64,000 bases of DNA from Lama glama (Eukaryota). A program made the translations under genes and the position numbers. The stretch covers positions 28,584,001 to 28,648,000 of the forward strand of contig CM052816.1 of the NCBI GenBank assembly GCA_028534125.1. Reading direction: 5' to 3'. Below, one piece after another: positions 25,981 through 40,189 of this stretch. The notes below the pieces were generated by a model. The model saw only the letters and a program-made list of their open reading frames with translations. It did not search any database and had not been told where the DNA came from. Numbering within the stretch: position 1 is the stretch's first letter; every line of letters starts with the position of its first letter.

Positions 25981-28900
25981 CACCTCATTCATACATGGGT
26001 TCATTCATTCATTCATTTAATTATTTGGCAGAACGGAGTCTGGAGATATGACAGTGAGCAGTACCAGATGCAGCTCCTGCTCTCATAGAGTCCCCTATAC
26101 CCTCTCCAGCTTCACTTGTACGGCTCTCTCCCAGTATCACTGTGTTGCTGCAGGAGCATTTTTTTTTTCTAGGTCTTCAAATCTGCAGAGCTCTTCCTAT
26201 TTCAAATGTTTACATGTATCCTGTCCTCATCTTAGAGAGTTTTGCCCCAGCAGCCCGTTCCTAAAGCAGCTCCCATGTCAGTTCCTCACAGAAATTTGCC
26301 CTGGTATTCCTCTCTCAATCAGCACATCCTCTTAATTCACTGCATCCAACTTTTTCCCCTATCTTAAAGGAAACAGCTGGCACAGTTTTCTCTTTAAAAT
26401 AATGAGACAAGAACAACAACATAAAAACAGCTGCTATTCACTGTTGGTAGAAGCGATGGCTTAGGTGAGAAATGCAAATAGTTTCATGAGAGATTTGAGT
26501 TTATAAATAAAAGAATCATAATTAACTTTGGCTAAAGTTAATATCAGGAAAGACAACTGAGCTTTTTAATAATACATGACTGGCTCAAGAGTAGGCAAGA
26601 AAGATTCAAACTCAGGCAATTTGACTCTAGATTCTGTAACTCAGTAGGGTTACCCACCCATCATTGTACGGACATGCGACTTTTTCCAGCCAGGTTACTC
26701 TATTACACATGCAAGCAAACTGATGCATCACAGAGACTCTCAAAACTTTAGAGCTAAGGAAGTCCTTGTAGATCTCACAGAGGTAAAAGCTAGGAAGGTC
26801 TCACAGAGAACAGTGGCAGATAAGACACTAGAATCCAGTCTCCCAGTTCATAGAAGAGAGCTCAGTCACTACTTCACACTGGCCCTTCTCTTTGGAAATC
26901 AAGTAAAGAGAGACTGAGACTGACACAAAGCCATGTTTCACCTAGGAGCACTCATCTATTACCTACAAAGTATTGGCTGTGAATATTCCAGAGTACCTCT
27001 TTACAAAGAGAGCAATTGCTCAAAATTTTACATACTTTTTAAAAGAAAGGCAAGCTGTGAAATTGCTATTTGCTTTAAAAACCCTGGATATCTCCCAGGA
27101 TAATATTTTTCCCATCTTAGGCAAAACTTTCTCTCCATGTATGTCTTACATATAAAATAAAACCATGTATTTTCTCTGGGAACCCTCTTATGCATATGAA
27201 AAGCTGTGTAATTGTCTGAAAGAATACGAAAGGCGTAAGAGTCTTAAGTCTTGAGTTTTTGAGGGTTTGCAGGAGTGGGGAGTGGTCAGAGCAGGCTTCT
27301 GCTTCAGTTGTAATGTTCTAATTCCTCTCAAAGGGGAATCAAATAAATTCATGTTATTGATGGGTAACTCTAATCAAATAAATAAAACATCAAGATAAAA
27401 ATCATCTTAAAAATAAAACGTCATGTTTTAAAATGAGGAAAAGTAGGTTACCCAAAAGGATTCAAGTCAAGAAAATCAGCCTCAGTGTACTCTCTGTCAT
27501 AAAGGTTTTTCTTCCAGACTTTTCCAGCAGAGCGGTGTCAATACATCTGTTGCCAAAGATTTCTTTCCACCATTTTTTTAAACTCTGATTCAGGGAAACC
27601 CCCAGAAGCTTTCTCTTTGGGCTTCGTCTTCACCTCAGGAGTATTTCTCACAGAATTTGCTAACAATAGAAATCATTCTTGGTTATGACACAGACCCAGC
27701 GGGATGTTCAAAATGCCACTGGCCACTTAGTGGTCCAGCCTGGCCAAGCCTGCTGGTAGGTACCATATGAGCCATATGGAAATTGCTAAAATGGGATATA
27801 AAGCAGCAGGTTCTGAAGCCACCAGCTTCCCTTGCCACGGTAGAATCAGCACTCGTCTATGGGGCAAAGCATTCCTGCCTTTGAAATGCCCAGTGTCCAC
27901 GGAATGTCTCCAATCCATGGTGAGACACCAAACAGTATTTCAGTATAGTCTGTTGATTTCTTTTTCACCTCTTTGACTGTGCCTGAAATAACTATATTTT
28001 GAAATAAAGAACATGTACAAAGAAATGCATCCATGCAGGCTATACTTTGCTCAGCAGAATTAATATTCTGTAGCTACCAATGTTGTGATAGGATGGTATT
28101 AAAATGCAATGTAAATTCCCTCTAATTGCCAATGTGTGTTCACTTCCCTCCTGAGAGATAATATTAAGTAACCTTTTTCTTCTTTCTAACATAAAAATTC
28201 TCAGATTTGAACTGTAAATGTAGGGACAATATAAGGAGGCAACTGTACTAATGAGAGAGACGTATCAGAAAAGTGAACATCACTGACCAAAAAAATCCAC
28301 AGTAAGGGGAAAAACAGCAACAACTCAAGTTTAAAAGATGTTTTAGGTCAGGCTCTCTTGAGCAAGAGCTCCCTGAAGAAAGACATCATATAAGAATAAG
28401 ATATAAAGAAATACCTTCCAACTGAATAAAACTAAAATAATCTCAGAACACATACATGTTACAAAGGCAATGAACATGGGATCTTTGCATAAATCTGGTC
28501 CACACATGGCACAATGTATATCTCTTTCCATGGGTGAACCTTCTGTAACATGTTGCTTAAAACTGAATGTTAGACTATGTGGTATGTATTGTGTAAATTA
28601 GTTTGCATGTGAGTGTAGGCTGTGTCAGAGACTGGTACAATATATTATCAACCCAGTTTTTTGGAGTAAGTGGATAAAGACTTAAAAAAGAAACAGGTAT
28701 CAGTAGGGGAGGGTATTCCTAATGTTGTTTAACTCAAGCAGTTTCCTGAGAAAAGTGCCCTGTTCAGCTCATTACACGAAGTCCATGTCATCCATCTTAG
28801 CATCTGTGTTACATTACCAGCATTATCAATTACATACTACTTTTTCATTGGTTTACAAAAGACATTATTTTAGAAAGGCACTTCAGTTGAAAATAGGGTA

Positions 28901-29189
28901 AACCATTTAGCACAATCTCTCTACTTAAGAAAAAAGGAAAAGGTTGACAGATGAATATCAAGAAGTCCCTAGAAGATATTTTAGAACAGGACATTCCATA
29001 TATACAACTTTGGCAGTTAAAGAAAATGTCTCACTATGCATTTATCACAAATTTGAAAAAAAGCCTTCAATTTCATACAAAACTGAATTGACCCCTTGGA
29101 TTTACTGACTGCCCAAGCATTCTAAATGCCATTTGATACGGTGGCATAGAGAACCAATAAATCATTAGGCTGAAAATGGCATCTTAGGT

Positions 29190-29720
29190 TCATCCATTCA
29201 TCATTCATTTATAAAATTCTTATTGAACACCTCATATATGCTAGACATGGTGCTAAACGCTGGGCAGAAAATGATGAATGAAACAGATATTACCACTAAC
29301 CTTTTAAGTCTCACTGTGAATTAAATAAAAACACAAATAAATATGTTAGGTCCAAACTGAGATAAGTTCTGTGACAAGTTCTCTGGAAAAGGAGAACACA
29401 GTGACGTGTCAGAGAATACTGGGATGAGGAGGGCAGAAGCAATAATCATTATGTGAGGATGAGAAGGAGTCAGGTAAAGAGAAGGAGGGACAGAACTCCA
29501 GGCAAAGGAAGCATGTGTGAAGGTCTTCAGCCCTGAGAGGTGGAAGCATCTGAGAACTAGAAGGGTTAGTGTGGCTAGAGCATAAGAAGCAAAGGAGAGT
29601 GAGGTCTGAGCAAAGGCTGCAAGGTAAGCAACAAGAGATCACACCATAAGTCTATATTTTATGTTCATCATGAAGTCACTTGAAAGGATATAAGCAGAAT
29701 GACTTGATCTGATTTAAGAC
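29190..29720 (-). mobile_element. L2 LINE 3' portion
   Basis: 'tcatccattcatcattcattt...ttattgaacacctcatatatgctagacatggtgcta...' followed by a purine-rich L2 body. Confidence 0.8.
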
Positions 29721-32569
29721 TTAAACAAATTGTTTAAAGTGCATCTTTAGGAAGTACCAACTCAATCTCTCCCTAAGATTTTTCTCTGCTGCCTGAAACC
29801 AACCTGCTGCAATATAAAATTCATTCATCCCTTCCAAATGTCTAGGAAGAACAGCCAGAAGCAAGTGTCCCTGAGGAAGGGATTTCCATACACCAAGTCC
29901 TACCAGAGATACCCAGCCTTGCTGGAAGTTTTCCACCTCATTCTCATGATTGCTGACTTTTTTTTTAGCTAGCTGCAGAGCCACCGCCAAGCAATGGTTC
30001 TCTTCCATGGATATGATCTCCTGGAACTCTCACACCCCTGATGCTCACAAAGCTGCAGAAAAATGGAAAGTTACATCAAATCAAAAAGTTAGGGAAATGG
30101 AAAAAGGAGGGAAGGAGATGTGTATCCTAAACACTACTTATACATGGAGGCGGGGTAGAGAGAACAGGTCAATGGAAGGAGATTCCAGGGACAGCAGGAG
30201 ATTCTGGATAGAGCTGGAAGCCTGCAAAGCTGATCAATTTTTTTTTTTTAATTTAAAGACAGTTTATTCACAAAGTGCATTTTTTAGATAGTTTCAAATA
30301 AACTCTAATAAACTGAACAGCAATTGGAGGCTCAGAAATATTAGAATGGACTCTACCATGGAAACCAAACCCGTCTTTTTAAAATTAACAAATCAAAATA
30401 AAATTGCATTAGCTATTTACTTACATATTTGTAGTTTAGGTCTGTGAATATCCTGCCCTCTGCCAAAGTGAACACTGTTCTGCCTACCACCAGGGGTTAA
30501 GCCTAAAGTCTTCACATTCTTTACCTGAATTATGAATAAAATCTTCCTTTCTAATAATTGATTGGCTTTTTAATACATAAAATTCCAATGACTGAATCCC
30601 AAAATTAAAATTATGTACCATCCATAAATGTAACTGTTTCTATTTCAGCTAGGATCGAGGACAGAGCTGAAACTCAGCATAACTGTGGTGGGGAAAGTTT
30701 TTGAAACCCCAAAGGTGTTCCTCTTTCTTCTGAGTTCCTCAGCCACAGAAGTAAAGAAAGCATCACCAAATGGGCTACAGTGAAGAAAACGAAATAATGT
30801 AATTGTGGGGTATGGGGCGTCAAGCGGATTTCCCTTTCACCAAAGCTTTTAAAAACATTAGTTGTTCATTTTCTTAGAAGACCTCCCAAAGGCGCAACTT
30901 TCCTTACTCTTCTGAGATAATCCAAACTGATGTGAATGACACAATCTAACGCGGCTTCCTTGGTTTCTGTTTGTGTGAGTGTGTCTTGTTGACACTAAAC
31001 AATGTCAAAAAGGTAATGCTATTTCTCCTCTGTTGCCTAGTTAGTGTTTCAAAGCAATTTGACTGTCTTCTATATGATGAGAGGAAAGCCTACAAAGTCA
31101 AACTGCCTCTTCAATGCCAAGAACTACCCAAATAAATACATTAAGTGAGAAGAAAGTTGCCCTACATCTCAGTTCTCTAAATACTGAATTAACCTAACAT
31201 AGGGCAGCAATGGTAGGGGAGGGGCTACAGTTAGAACTCCCACCAGGACCTGAGAAATGAGAGAAAGACGGTTTCCCTCTGAATGTTCAATTATAATCAC
31301 CATATACTAGGTCAGAGAGAAGCACGGTAAGTCATTTTGAAGAGGCAGAAATGGCTCCCTGACATGGAGAACTGGCTACCACGGACTAAAGTCCATTAAC
31401 AATGAATCAGTCAAAGGAGGGTCAGCAAAGGAAGTAGGAAAAAATGTAGAAGATGAATAAACATTCCCAGAGGCCTGATCCAAGGGAGGGAATGTTTTTG
31501 CCCAAGGATGCATTCTCTCTGGTCCCAGGGACAAATTAAACCTTATTTGCATGAAATAAGTTTCCATCCATTGATGCCATTCAACCTATGCTGATTTCAA
31601 GCAATCTTTTAATTGTATTCTGGTCTCCCAAGCAGTTTGCCTTTAGGGAGAAATCTTCCAGCCAAAAGACATGGCCCCTTCTCATTCCACATATTAATGC
31701 TTGTGTCCCACCATTCTGCTTGTATTCCTTACTTTCTGGGAGCTTGCACGAGGGATCCCAAGAGACAGACTCACATTCAGTGTGTCAGTAAATCAGGTTT
31801 CTGAGGCTGTAAAACTGAAAACCAGATCATATCACATAATATCCTGAATTCTCATCCATATATCAAGGTTTCCAAACAAGTAGGGAAAAGGCAACCACAC
31901 ATGTCACAGATGAGATAACTGAAGGCACACAGCTCCCAGGTGGCAGAACCCGGACTGGATTCCTTGTTCACCTTGTATCAGAGCGCATGTGACACACTAA
32001 TTATCTATCGACTCTCTGTCTAAATTCCAGAGTGCGGGATAAACGAGAATACTCTAGGCATTCCAATCTGGGTTCACTGCTCAGTTGAATTCATTTATCT
32101 AATTCAGTGATTGTCCAACTCCCCCTGACCATCACCCAGTGCGTCCTATCTCCTCCTTCATCTGCCATGCATACGGCTGCTTCTGATAGTTTAAAAATAT
32201 AGTAGCATCACACCATGTCTAACATCCAATATGTGGGTACAGATGGCATTTCATGGGACATGATCCTTTTCTACAAATGACAGGAAGTGCAGAATAATCC
32301 CTCAAAGATAGCAGGCTCTGTTGCACAATGATCAGCCTGCCAGGGAGTGATTTTTCCTCTTAGCAATTTTAACTGAGAAGCCATTTCGACTGTCAAGCCC
32401 CATCCACTTCTCACATTTCCATTATGAACATATTCTAACATACATTAACAAGCTCCTATGGAACACACTGAACGTTATTATTTAGTATTTAAGTAGTTTT
32501 CCGAGAACACACAGTGGTCTGCCAATCACAAATGCTCTGCTCATAATGCCATCTCTTTGGAGGCAAGCA

Positions 32570-32700
32570 TAAATCATTCTCTCACTTTAACAGATGAGAA
32601 ACTGACACTTAGATGGAGTAGGTTAATGACAAAACAGTTTAACTAATAAGCCCAGCTAGAATAAAATATGTATTTACCCAGTTCAGGCCATTCTCCCATG
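32570..32700 (-). mobile_element. MIR fragment
   Basis: 'ctcactttaacagatgagaaactgacacttaga...ggttaatgac'. Confidence 0.5.
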
Positions 32701-35598
32701 AGAATCTTTTAACCCTTCATGGACTAGCTCCTTTTGAAACTGTCTTCTGGGTTAGGAGAAATCTTACTGATGCACTAGCGCGAGCATGTACGTGTCGGGG
32801 GCAGTATAACGAGTAGGGAATCAGGAGTCCTGTCATGCCAGAAGCCCAGCATGTCAACCTGGAAAAATATCCCAATAAAAGGATCTGAAGTCCTGATGGG
32901 GCATTATGAATTAAACATTACTCAATGATGATACAAAATTCCAATTTAGGACGTTATTCACTTACTGCTAATGAATATTTCTGATTTAAAAGATAAAAAT
33001 TGAACTGTCTTGATATTCATCTGACAACTTTAGTCCACATTAACTTCCTCCTGTTCTAACTCAAATACTATAAGTCCAAACTCTGGTGCTTTTAACACTG
33101 AAAGTAAACAAAAATTCAACGGTCTTCAGTAGCATAAGGCTGACAGACTCCGCTTCTCAGATTTAAATGCCCCTCTCCTAATAACGCTCAGATGCTAGTA
33201 GATTTAACTATGAAGAGTGAGAAAAGGAAATGTCAATAAAGAAATCCTCAGTGGGGAAGCCCTTCTAAGCCATTAGTCCCTATATTCCACCCTGAGAAAA
33301 AACAGCCTCAGCCACCCAGCAGACTTTCCAGCATGTGACTGCATCTAACTGAAAAATTTCAGAAGCCTAAAATGACTTGCCATCTATCTTCTGGTGGTCT
33401 CAGCCAGGCCTTTTGCTCTCTCATGATACTGAAGCATATGGTTGCAAACAGTCTTACAGATGGATACAGAGAATTCAACAGAAGCCGGGGGAAAATCTGG
33501 CCTGCAGATGTATGATTATACCAGTGGGTCTCCACTGCACATAAACGATGTGAGCTGAAGTATTTACAAGATGAATACAAGAAACACAAAACACACGTGA
33601 ATGTAACAGACAAGGCTTTACTGTGCTACTGCGTTTTGACAGCTAATTAAAAATTTGTTATCTAGATTCATGGGTGTATAACATAAGATAGGACTATGTA
33701 ATCTAAATCCACAGCCAAAGCCAGTTCCATAAGTATACACTTTCAATTTTACAAATTTTACTTGACTAAGCAAATTATCTTCACCATCCAACCCCATGCA
33801 ACTAAAATTCCAGGTTATACAGAAAAACAAGCACATAGCAATGAATATTTAAATTCAGATGGTGATAACCCTTTTATGTCTCATAACATTATGGTTTAAC
33901 TTATCCAAAGGCAGCATTTATACATTTAACATATTCGATATCTGATAAAGCAGACCATAATCATAAAATAGCTTTGTCCCCAAACTAATGTCTTACTTAA
34001 AACCTATGATGATCCCTGGATATGGGAATAAACATTCAAAATGGAAAAGTAAAATGTTTGCAGAGGGATGTTACCCACATAAGGCACTGTTAAGTAAAGA
34101 AAGATTTTATAAGCATATTCTTCATATGCTGGAAAAGCCTGAGCCTCCAAATATAGGAATTTGCTGATATAAAGAGGGATAATACCATCATTCTAAAGCC
34201 CTTCCTTTCCACTGTAATTTCTAAAGCAACTGAAGCATCCTGCATTATCATCTATCTGAAGGAAGCTGATTTTATCATATTGCAGCAGACTGCTATTGAA
34301 GAGGGCAAATTGCCATTAGTCTCCACATATTCTCCTTTATGTCATTATAACAATTGAAAATTATGTTCAATTACACATAAAAAGCCCACTGCTTTCAGCA
34401 TATAGGAGTTTATACAACAGAAAGCCCAACTGTAAGTAGTCTAGGATGATGCAAAAACTACACAACAGCTGTACGAAGTCTGCAATGAATATTACAGATA
34501 TGACGCAGCTCAGTCTGTGGCTTTCCTCCTCATGGCCTCAAAAGGGCAACTGTGACTCTGGGAGTTACATCCCTATTCCTGCGGCAGCAGGAAGGGGAGG
34601 AAAGAAAAGAAAAGGAAAAAAGGTATGTGCAGCTGTGTCTGCCCTCTTTTGAAAGCTTTCCTGTAAGTGCTACCAGTAACATATTTTGAAATCACTGACC
34701 TGAATACATTACCTTTCAGTAAGAGCAGCAGAAGAGTGGAGTTATTTAGTGGCCTCGTTAATTGCCTCAAACCAAAGTGAGATTCTGACACAAAGGGAGA
34801 GAGAAGAGCATGCAGTCCATAGGCAACAAGCAGTAGCTGCCCCTATTATGAATGCACTGCTCCGTTGTCCGGTTTTTTTCTGTGTATAAACCCAAAAGGA
34901 CATTGTTTTGAAAGTCTCAGAAAAAGAGAATAGGTTTATACTGATTCTTTTATCAGGCAGTGATTAATGCCCCAAAGATGTCCAAGCTCAAACTGACATA
35001 TTTAATACCCCAGGATGACATCAAAACACTAAAGTTAACTAGTATGCCGTTTCCCTTCCCCATTCCCATCTCACAACCTGAAATAAAGGTTATCATGAAA
35101 GAATGGGATTTACTCTCAGAACATACATTCATTGAACATTAGGTTATACCTTTGAGTGAAATTTTAAAACTTTGTTTAGAAATGACTAATAAAAATATAC
35201 TGTAATGTGTTTTAACCTTGGTTTGCAGGAATTTCTCCTAAAATAAGATTATTTTTGGCCTTTCCTTATGAGATAAAGATGCAAGGAGATAAAAGGAAAT
35301 ACTAAAAGCTAATTATTATTAAAATTCCAAAATAAAACAAAACAAAGACACATAGGTAGTGACTAGAAGGCAATTCATAAGAAGATACTCTGCAGCCTCT
35401 GTACAGTATACATATTGCTGAGAAATCCATATTTTTAAGTTGATATGAGTTTACAAGTAAATGTGATAAAACAGGATACATTTTATTCACGAAAAAAGGC
35501 AAATATACACCATAAACACACATATATATAAATACACACATATATTTTCAGAAAAGGAGCAGTTAGGTTTTTAAATAATTTACTAATTTTTAACTACA

Positions 35599-35722
35599 TT
35601 TTTTTCTTGGGGGGAGGTAATTAGGTTTATTTATTTATTTTTTTAATGGAGGTACTGGGGATTGAACCCAGGACCTCATGCATGCTAAGCACATGTTCTA
35701 CCACTTGAGCTATACCCTCCTC
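35599..35722 (-). mobile_element. tRNA-Ala-derived SINE, camelid Vic-1-like
   Basis: Minus strand reads ggagggtatagctcaagtggtagaacatgtgcttagcatgcatgaggtcctgggttcaatccccagtacctcca (A and B boxes, tRNA-Ala-like), then (taaa)n-cctaattacctcccc and an A tail. Confidence 0.9.
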
Positions 35723-38216
35723 TGAGTTTTAAAAGTAGATATTGTATCAGACATGACAAATAATTCATGAAAAAATTTTAAGTTATACATCTTTTGAGAT
35801 TTCTCAGAGTGAAAAGACTAGAGAAGGTTTCAACATGTTTAAAACTTTACTCTGTAGCAATCTGTTGTAAAAGAAAAATGGAAAATTCCACGCCACTTTT
35901 TTCCATTAAAATAACTGACACTTGTACAACTGCCAAATGCATGTAACCTTTATCCTGCAGTGATGGGTAGTCTGAAAATTCTTATGATGAACAATCTCCA
36001 AGTAAATTTTGAGAACCAAATTTTGGAATTTCAGCTTCAGTTACTCAAGCACTCTTCATCTGGTAAGTGGGGTGCAAAGAAGCCCATTTGGGAAGCCCAT
36101 GTATGACTGGATACCTGCCCAAGCAGGAGGCAAAAAGCCATATTCAAACATGTTTAAAGTAACCAACTTCCTGTTAAAAGTTTCTCACTCAGGACTTGGA
36201 TTGTATTTATTGCATTCACTCAGTAGCACTTTACTAACCAGATGGATTGGAAATTATTTCCTTATTAAGAACCCCATCAGTATTTCTTTAGGCATTAGAG
36301 TTTTCAATTCAGACACTTATGAAAAGCCTCATTAAGTTTATAGTATCCTGAAACACATTTCCAGTAGTCAGAAGTGTCTGGAAAGGGAAGAGGGAAGGAG
36401 AAGAGAAGGAAGAGAGGATTAAATTAATCAGGTGAAATTCATTTTAGCAGTATTCTGAAACTATTGAACTATAGCTTGATTCTCCACATTATATTCCAAA
36501 TGTCTATGGGAAAAAATTAAGAGAATTCCTAAGAACCTAGAGGAGCACTACAAAGGAAGCTGCCAATATCAAGCACAAGTTCTCCGGCCTTCTTCATCCA
36601 CTACTTCCCCATGTTGCCACGAGTCAGTGCAATCAAATGCTTGAAAAATACAGAGCATTTCTTCACCTATAGATGTGTGACCGTGAGCTCTGGAGGATTT
36701 AATCTGATAGTTCAGGTAATCCCAGAGTGTGCGATTCTCTGGCAGTCACACTTAATAAGCCAAAGAAGCTGCATGAAAAGACCACAGGTGTTGTCATCCT
36801 CTTTAGAGTCTTGGGTTCAGAAGGGCTCTCTGTGGCTGAGGGAGCCTGCATGGCTGTGCAGCAAGGAACTGGCTTGATGCCCTTTTCTGAATTCCTGCAT
36901 GAGCTCCTCTCCACTGGCCATGCCATCATTTTCTTCCAGACACTCTGACCTTCTTGGACCAAATGTTCATGGTCCATATCAACCCGATGAAGGGTGACTC
37001 ACCACTCTCTCTGTTAATTGGAAGTACATCTCAAAGACTGGAGTAAGAGTTTCTTTTCAATATGTCAACCCAATACATAAGAGAGAAAAAAGACTTTAGA
37101 AATATCACCATAGTGTCTTTAGTAACTTATCAGCTTCATGTAGAAGAACACCTGGTAGAAATTCAAAGAAACTCTTGTTGTCCATTTTATTTGTCTCTGC
37201 TAGGATGTGACCTGCCATAAGACTCTAAATGTCCGCTGATGTTGATGTGCTGCTAATGACTTTTCCAATATGAGATGGTGGAACATGGTTGGCTGTTTAC
37301 TTGCAGCAGAATCAGCACCAAGGCCAGGGCAGAGGGAAGAAAGGAATGGGTGAGGGGCCTCGGGCTTTGCTGAAAACTAGTGTCTCCAAAAGCTGTATTA
37401 TTTTATAATTTTTTTTCCAAAGAAGTGCAAGTCTTACTTGAGTGACAATAAACACTCTCAGTGCATGATGTTACCTGAATCTCTCTGCCCTGTTCTTTCA
37501 TCCTACTTTAGGAGTATAGCAACTGGATTCCAGATTTTCCCTCCAAGAACTCAGTGTCTATTATTATTTCTATTAGGGGCATTCACACTGTATCAACAAA
37601 GTCATTTTTCCTACCCCTAAAAGAGATCATATAAAATTATGTCACTTCATAGAAATTGCTAATGAATAAAACATTAAAATGATATAATCAAAAAATCTTT
37701 AAATCATTATAATGTATATCATTTTAAGTAAACATTTTTTCTAAATCTGCATTTCTCTCCTTTTCCCTCATTTCTTTAAAAATGAAATACTTCAGTCCCT
37801 AGAGTCTGAATTTTTTTTATGACCTTTTCAAAATTAATCAATATTTAATTTTCTAATTTATTCTTAAACTTTCTTGGATTTGTTGGTGGAATTTGATGTC
37901 TTTAAGATTAATTGAATGTGTAACAACTAACTTTTTTAACCTAGTGGCCCCGTAATATTTTATTTATGTGCTTCAGTAAAACAAGGGAGTGTGGACCATG
38001 AAAATATTTTTTAAGGATAAGTTATAGGTTATTTGAGCTGATTATTTCACTAAATAATACGAGAAGGCTCTTAAATTGCCTGAAAGTCTCCTTTGTCTCC
38101 TAAAAGGAGATTTCTGTGCATAAGAAGAAACTAATTTTATTAGATAACTCTGTATTAACTGTACAAGAGACTCATAGTTAATTGGTGCCAGGAAAAAAAA
38201 ATCAATTATTATTTTA

Positions 38217-38303
38217 TTAGGTTGAACCAGAAATTGCCAGTATGGAATAGTTTTAACCAACACAACAACAACAAAAAATGGCAACATCCTATGTTTCAAC
38301 TAA
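38217..38303 (+). mobile_element. MADE2 mariner-derived MITE (degenerate)
   Basis: 'ttaggttgaaccagaaattgcc...aaaaatggcaacatcctatgtttcaactaa' with inverted termini. Confidence 0.75.
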
Positions 38304-38304
38304 A

Positions 38305-38430
38305 AAAAGAAAACTGCTGCCCAGAGGGATTAACAGACCTGCCCAAGGTTAGCAACAGAGCTGGAATCTAAACCAAGGTCCCTGGATTCCCACACCAGGT
38401 GGCCTTGCGTTTTAAGCACACAGAGCCTCT
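38305..38430 (-). mobile_element. MIR fragment
   Basis: 'gaaaactgctgcccagagggattaacagacctgcccaaggt...cagagctggaatctaaaccaaggtccctggattccca'. Confidence 0.65.
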
Positions 38431-39249
38431 TAACATGTCAGCAGTCTTTTTATTACAGTTTCTGTTTTCTACCACTTTCTACCATTCCTGTCACAGATAC
38501 TAGGAAGAACTGAAGAGATTTTCTGCCCAGGGAGTAACAAAGATAGTAAGAATAACATTTAACCCTTGACTAGCTACTACACGGGGCTTCAGTGAGTTAA
38601 ATATTACAATTTTAATATATGCTTTTGAAAATGATATTGATTGGCTTTCTTTACTAATTAGGAAAGCAATGCTTTCAGTTGTCCAATGTAAGAAATAAAT
38701 AAAAGCAGAATTATGAAGAAACTTAAGAATAAACAAAGCAAGCATATAACAGAAAACTGATCTATTTTGATACACACACTTATGTTTAAAAATGTTTGTG
38801 TTTCTCTAGTTATTTCCTTAGAACAGATTCCCTTAAGTGCTTTACTGACAAAGAGTGTGCATGGCTTCTGGTGAATACTGACAGAACGCCCTTCAGAAAT
38901 AATGTGCCAATTTACACCTCTCTTTGTTTTGTTTTGAAAATGCCTGATTCCCTCCTCTTCTCCAGAGTGACTTTTTAAATGTTCACTAGCCATTTCTTTT
39001 TCTTCCTTTATGAACCACTGGATCACATTCTCTGAGATTTTTTGATTTGGATAGTTCCACTCATTTCTGTAAGTGAGACCTGAGCAACATATGAAAATAC
39101 CATCTTAATGTAAATATTCTTTAAATTATAGGGAAGATATTGTGTATTAAAAATGTCACCTTAAAAGAGTAAGTGCAAAAAATGGCAAAAAATTTTTTAT
39201 CATACCATCATAAACTAGACTTATTTTAGAAGTTACTCTTATCAAGATT

Positions 39250-39251
<2 letters not shown>

Positions 39252-39289
<38 letters not shown>
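39252..39289. repeat. (GT)19 microsatellite
   Basis: Uninterrupted GT run. Confidence 0.97.
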
Positions 39290-39291
<2 letters not shown>

Positions 39292-40189
39292 ATACTTTAG
39301 TATCTCCAAGTTATCTTTTCTTCTAAACAAAAGAAATATCTGACACCTACTTAAATTTTTGATGGATATATACTATTCTCTTTCCAATATTCTCACAATA
39401 CATATTCAAACCTATTTCCACTTAAAAGTTACTGACAGAATTCAGAAGCAATATTCAATAAATTTAATTCACATCATTAAATTATGTCATCCACAAAGAC
39501 TAAATTCAATTCTGAAGATTTTTCATTAAATTAATTCTACGCATTTCTACTTTCCTATGGCCTCTCACATTCACTCTATATATTCAGGCAAAATCTTTTG
39601 AATTATTTCAAATTAACAAGTTTAATGCTTCTATCTGAATTCTTTAGGGGAAAGTATTCAGTATGTTTTCTTGCACTTCCAATGTATTTCAGATCATAGT
39701 CACTTTGTTTTTTAAGGCTTTTTAATTATTATGTAAGAATAAGATCATAAAACTCAATGCAAGAAAGCCTTATCTAAGCATTACATTCAATTCACCTACG
39801 ATACAGAAAAAAATATAAAATGTATACAGTTTAGCAAGAACTTAATCATTTTGATTCTTTTCTCATAGATTTACTTTAATTGTCATGCTGAAAGTAAAAA
39901 AGAAAATAAGAATATGGTATGGTCTTTACCGTAATTTCTGTACTTGAATTTTCTTTAATGAGATTGACAGAAAATATAAATTTCTTAAGAGGAAATCAGT
40001 TTTCCATGTGGTACCATTGTCTAGTTACAAATAGGCAAGAAATGAAGGAGAAATGTTTCTCTTTTGTGACTCCCACATTGTTGAGATTCATGATTTAAAA
40101 TTTAAAATGTTAGTCAAAAAAGTTTCATTTTTGCAATGTGTCTGGGTTATTAAGTACAGAATTAGCTTAATGTTCCAGCTAAAAATCAA

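Noticed and set aside
33375..33560. Minus-strand exon with GC donor (ATG|gcaagt)
   Set aside because: The donor is non-canonical with weak exonic context and has no other support.
35648..35722. tRNA-Ala gene
   Set aside because: It has a SINE tail and a second diverged copy at 52.4 kb, so it is a SINE head rather than a tRNA gene.
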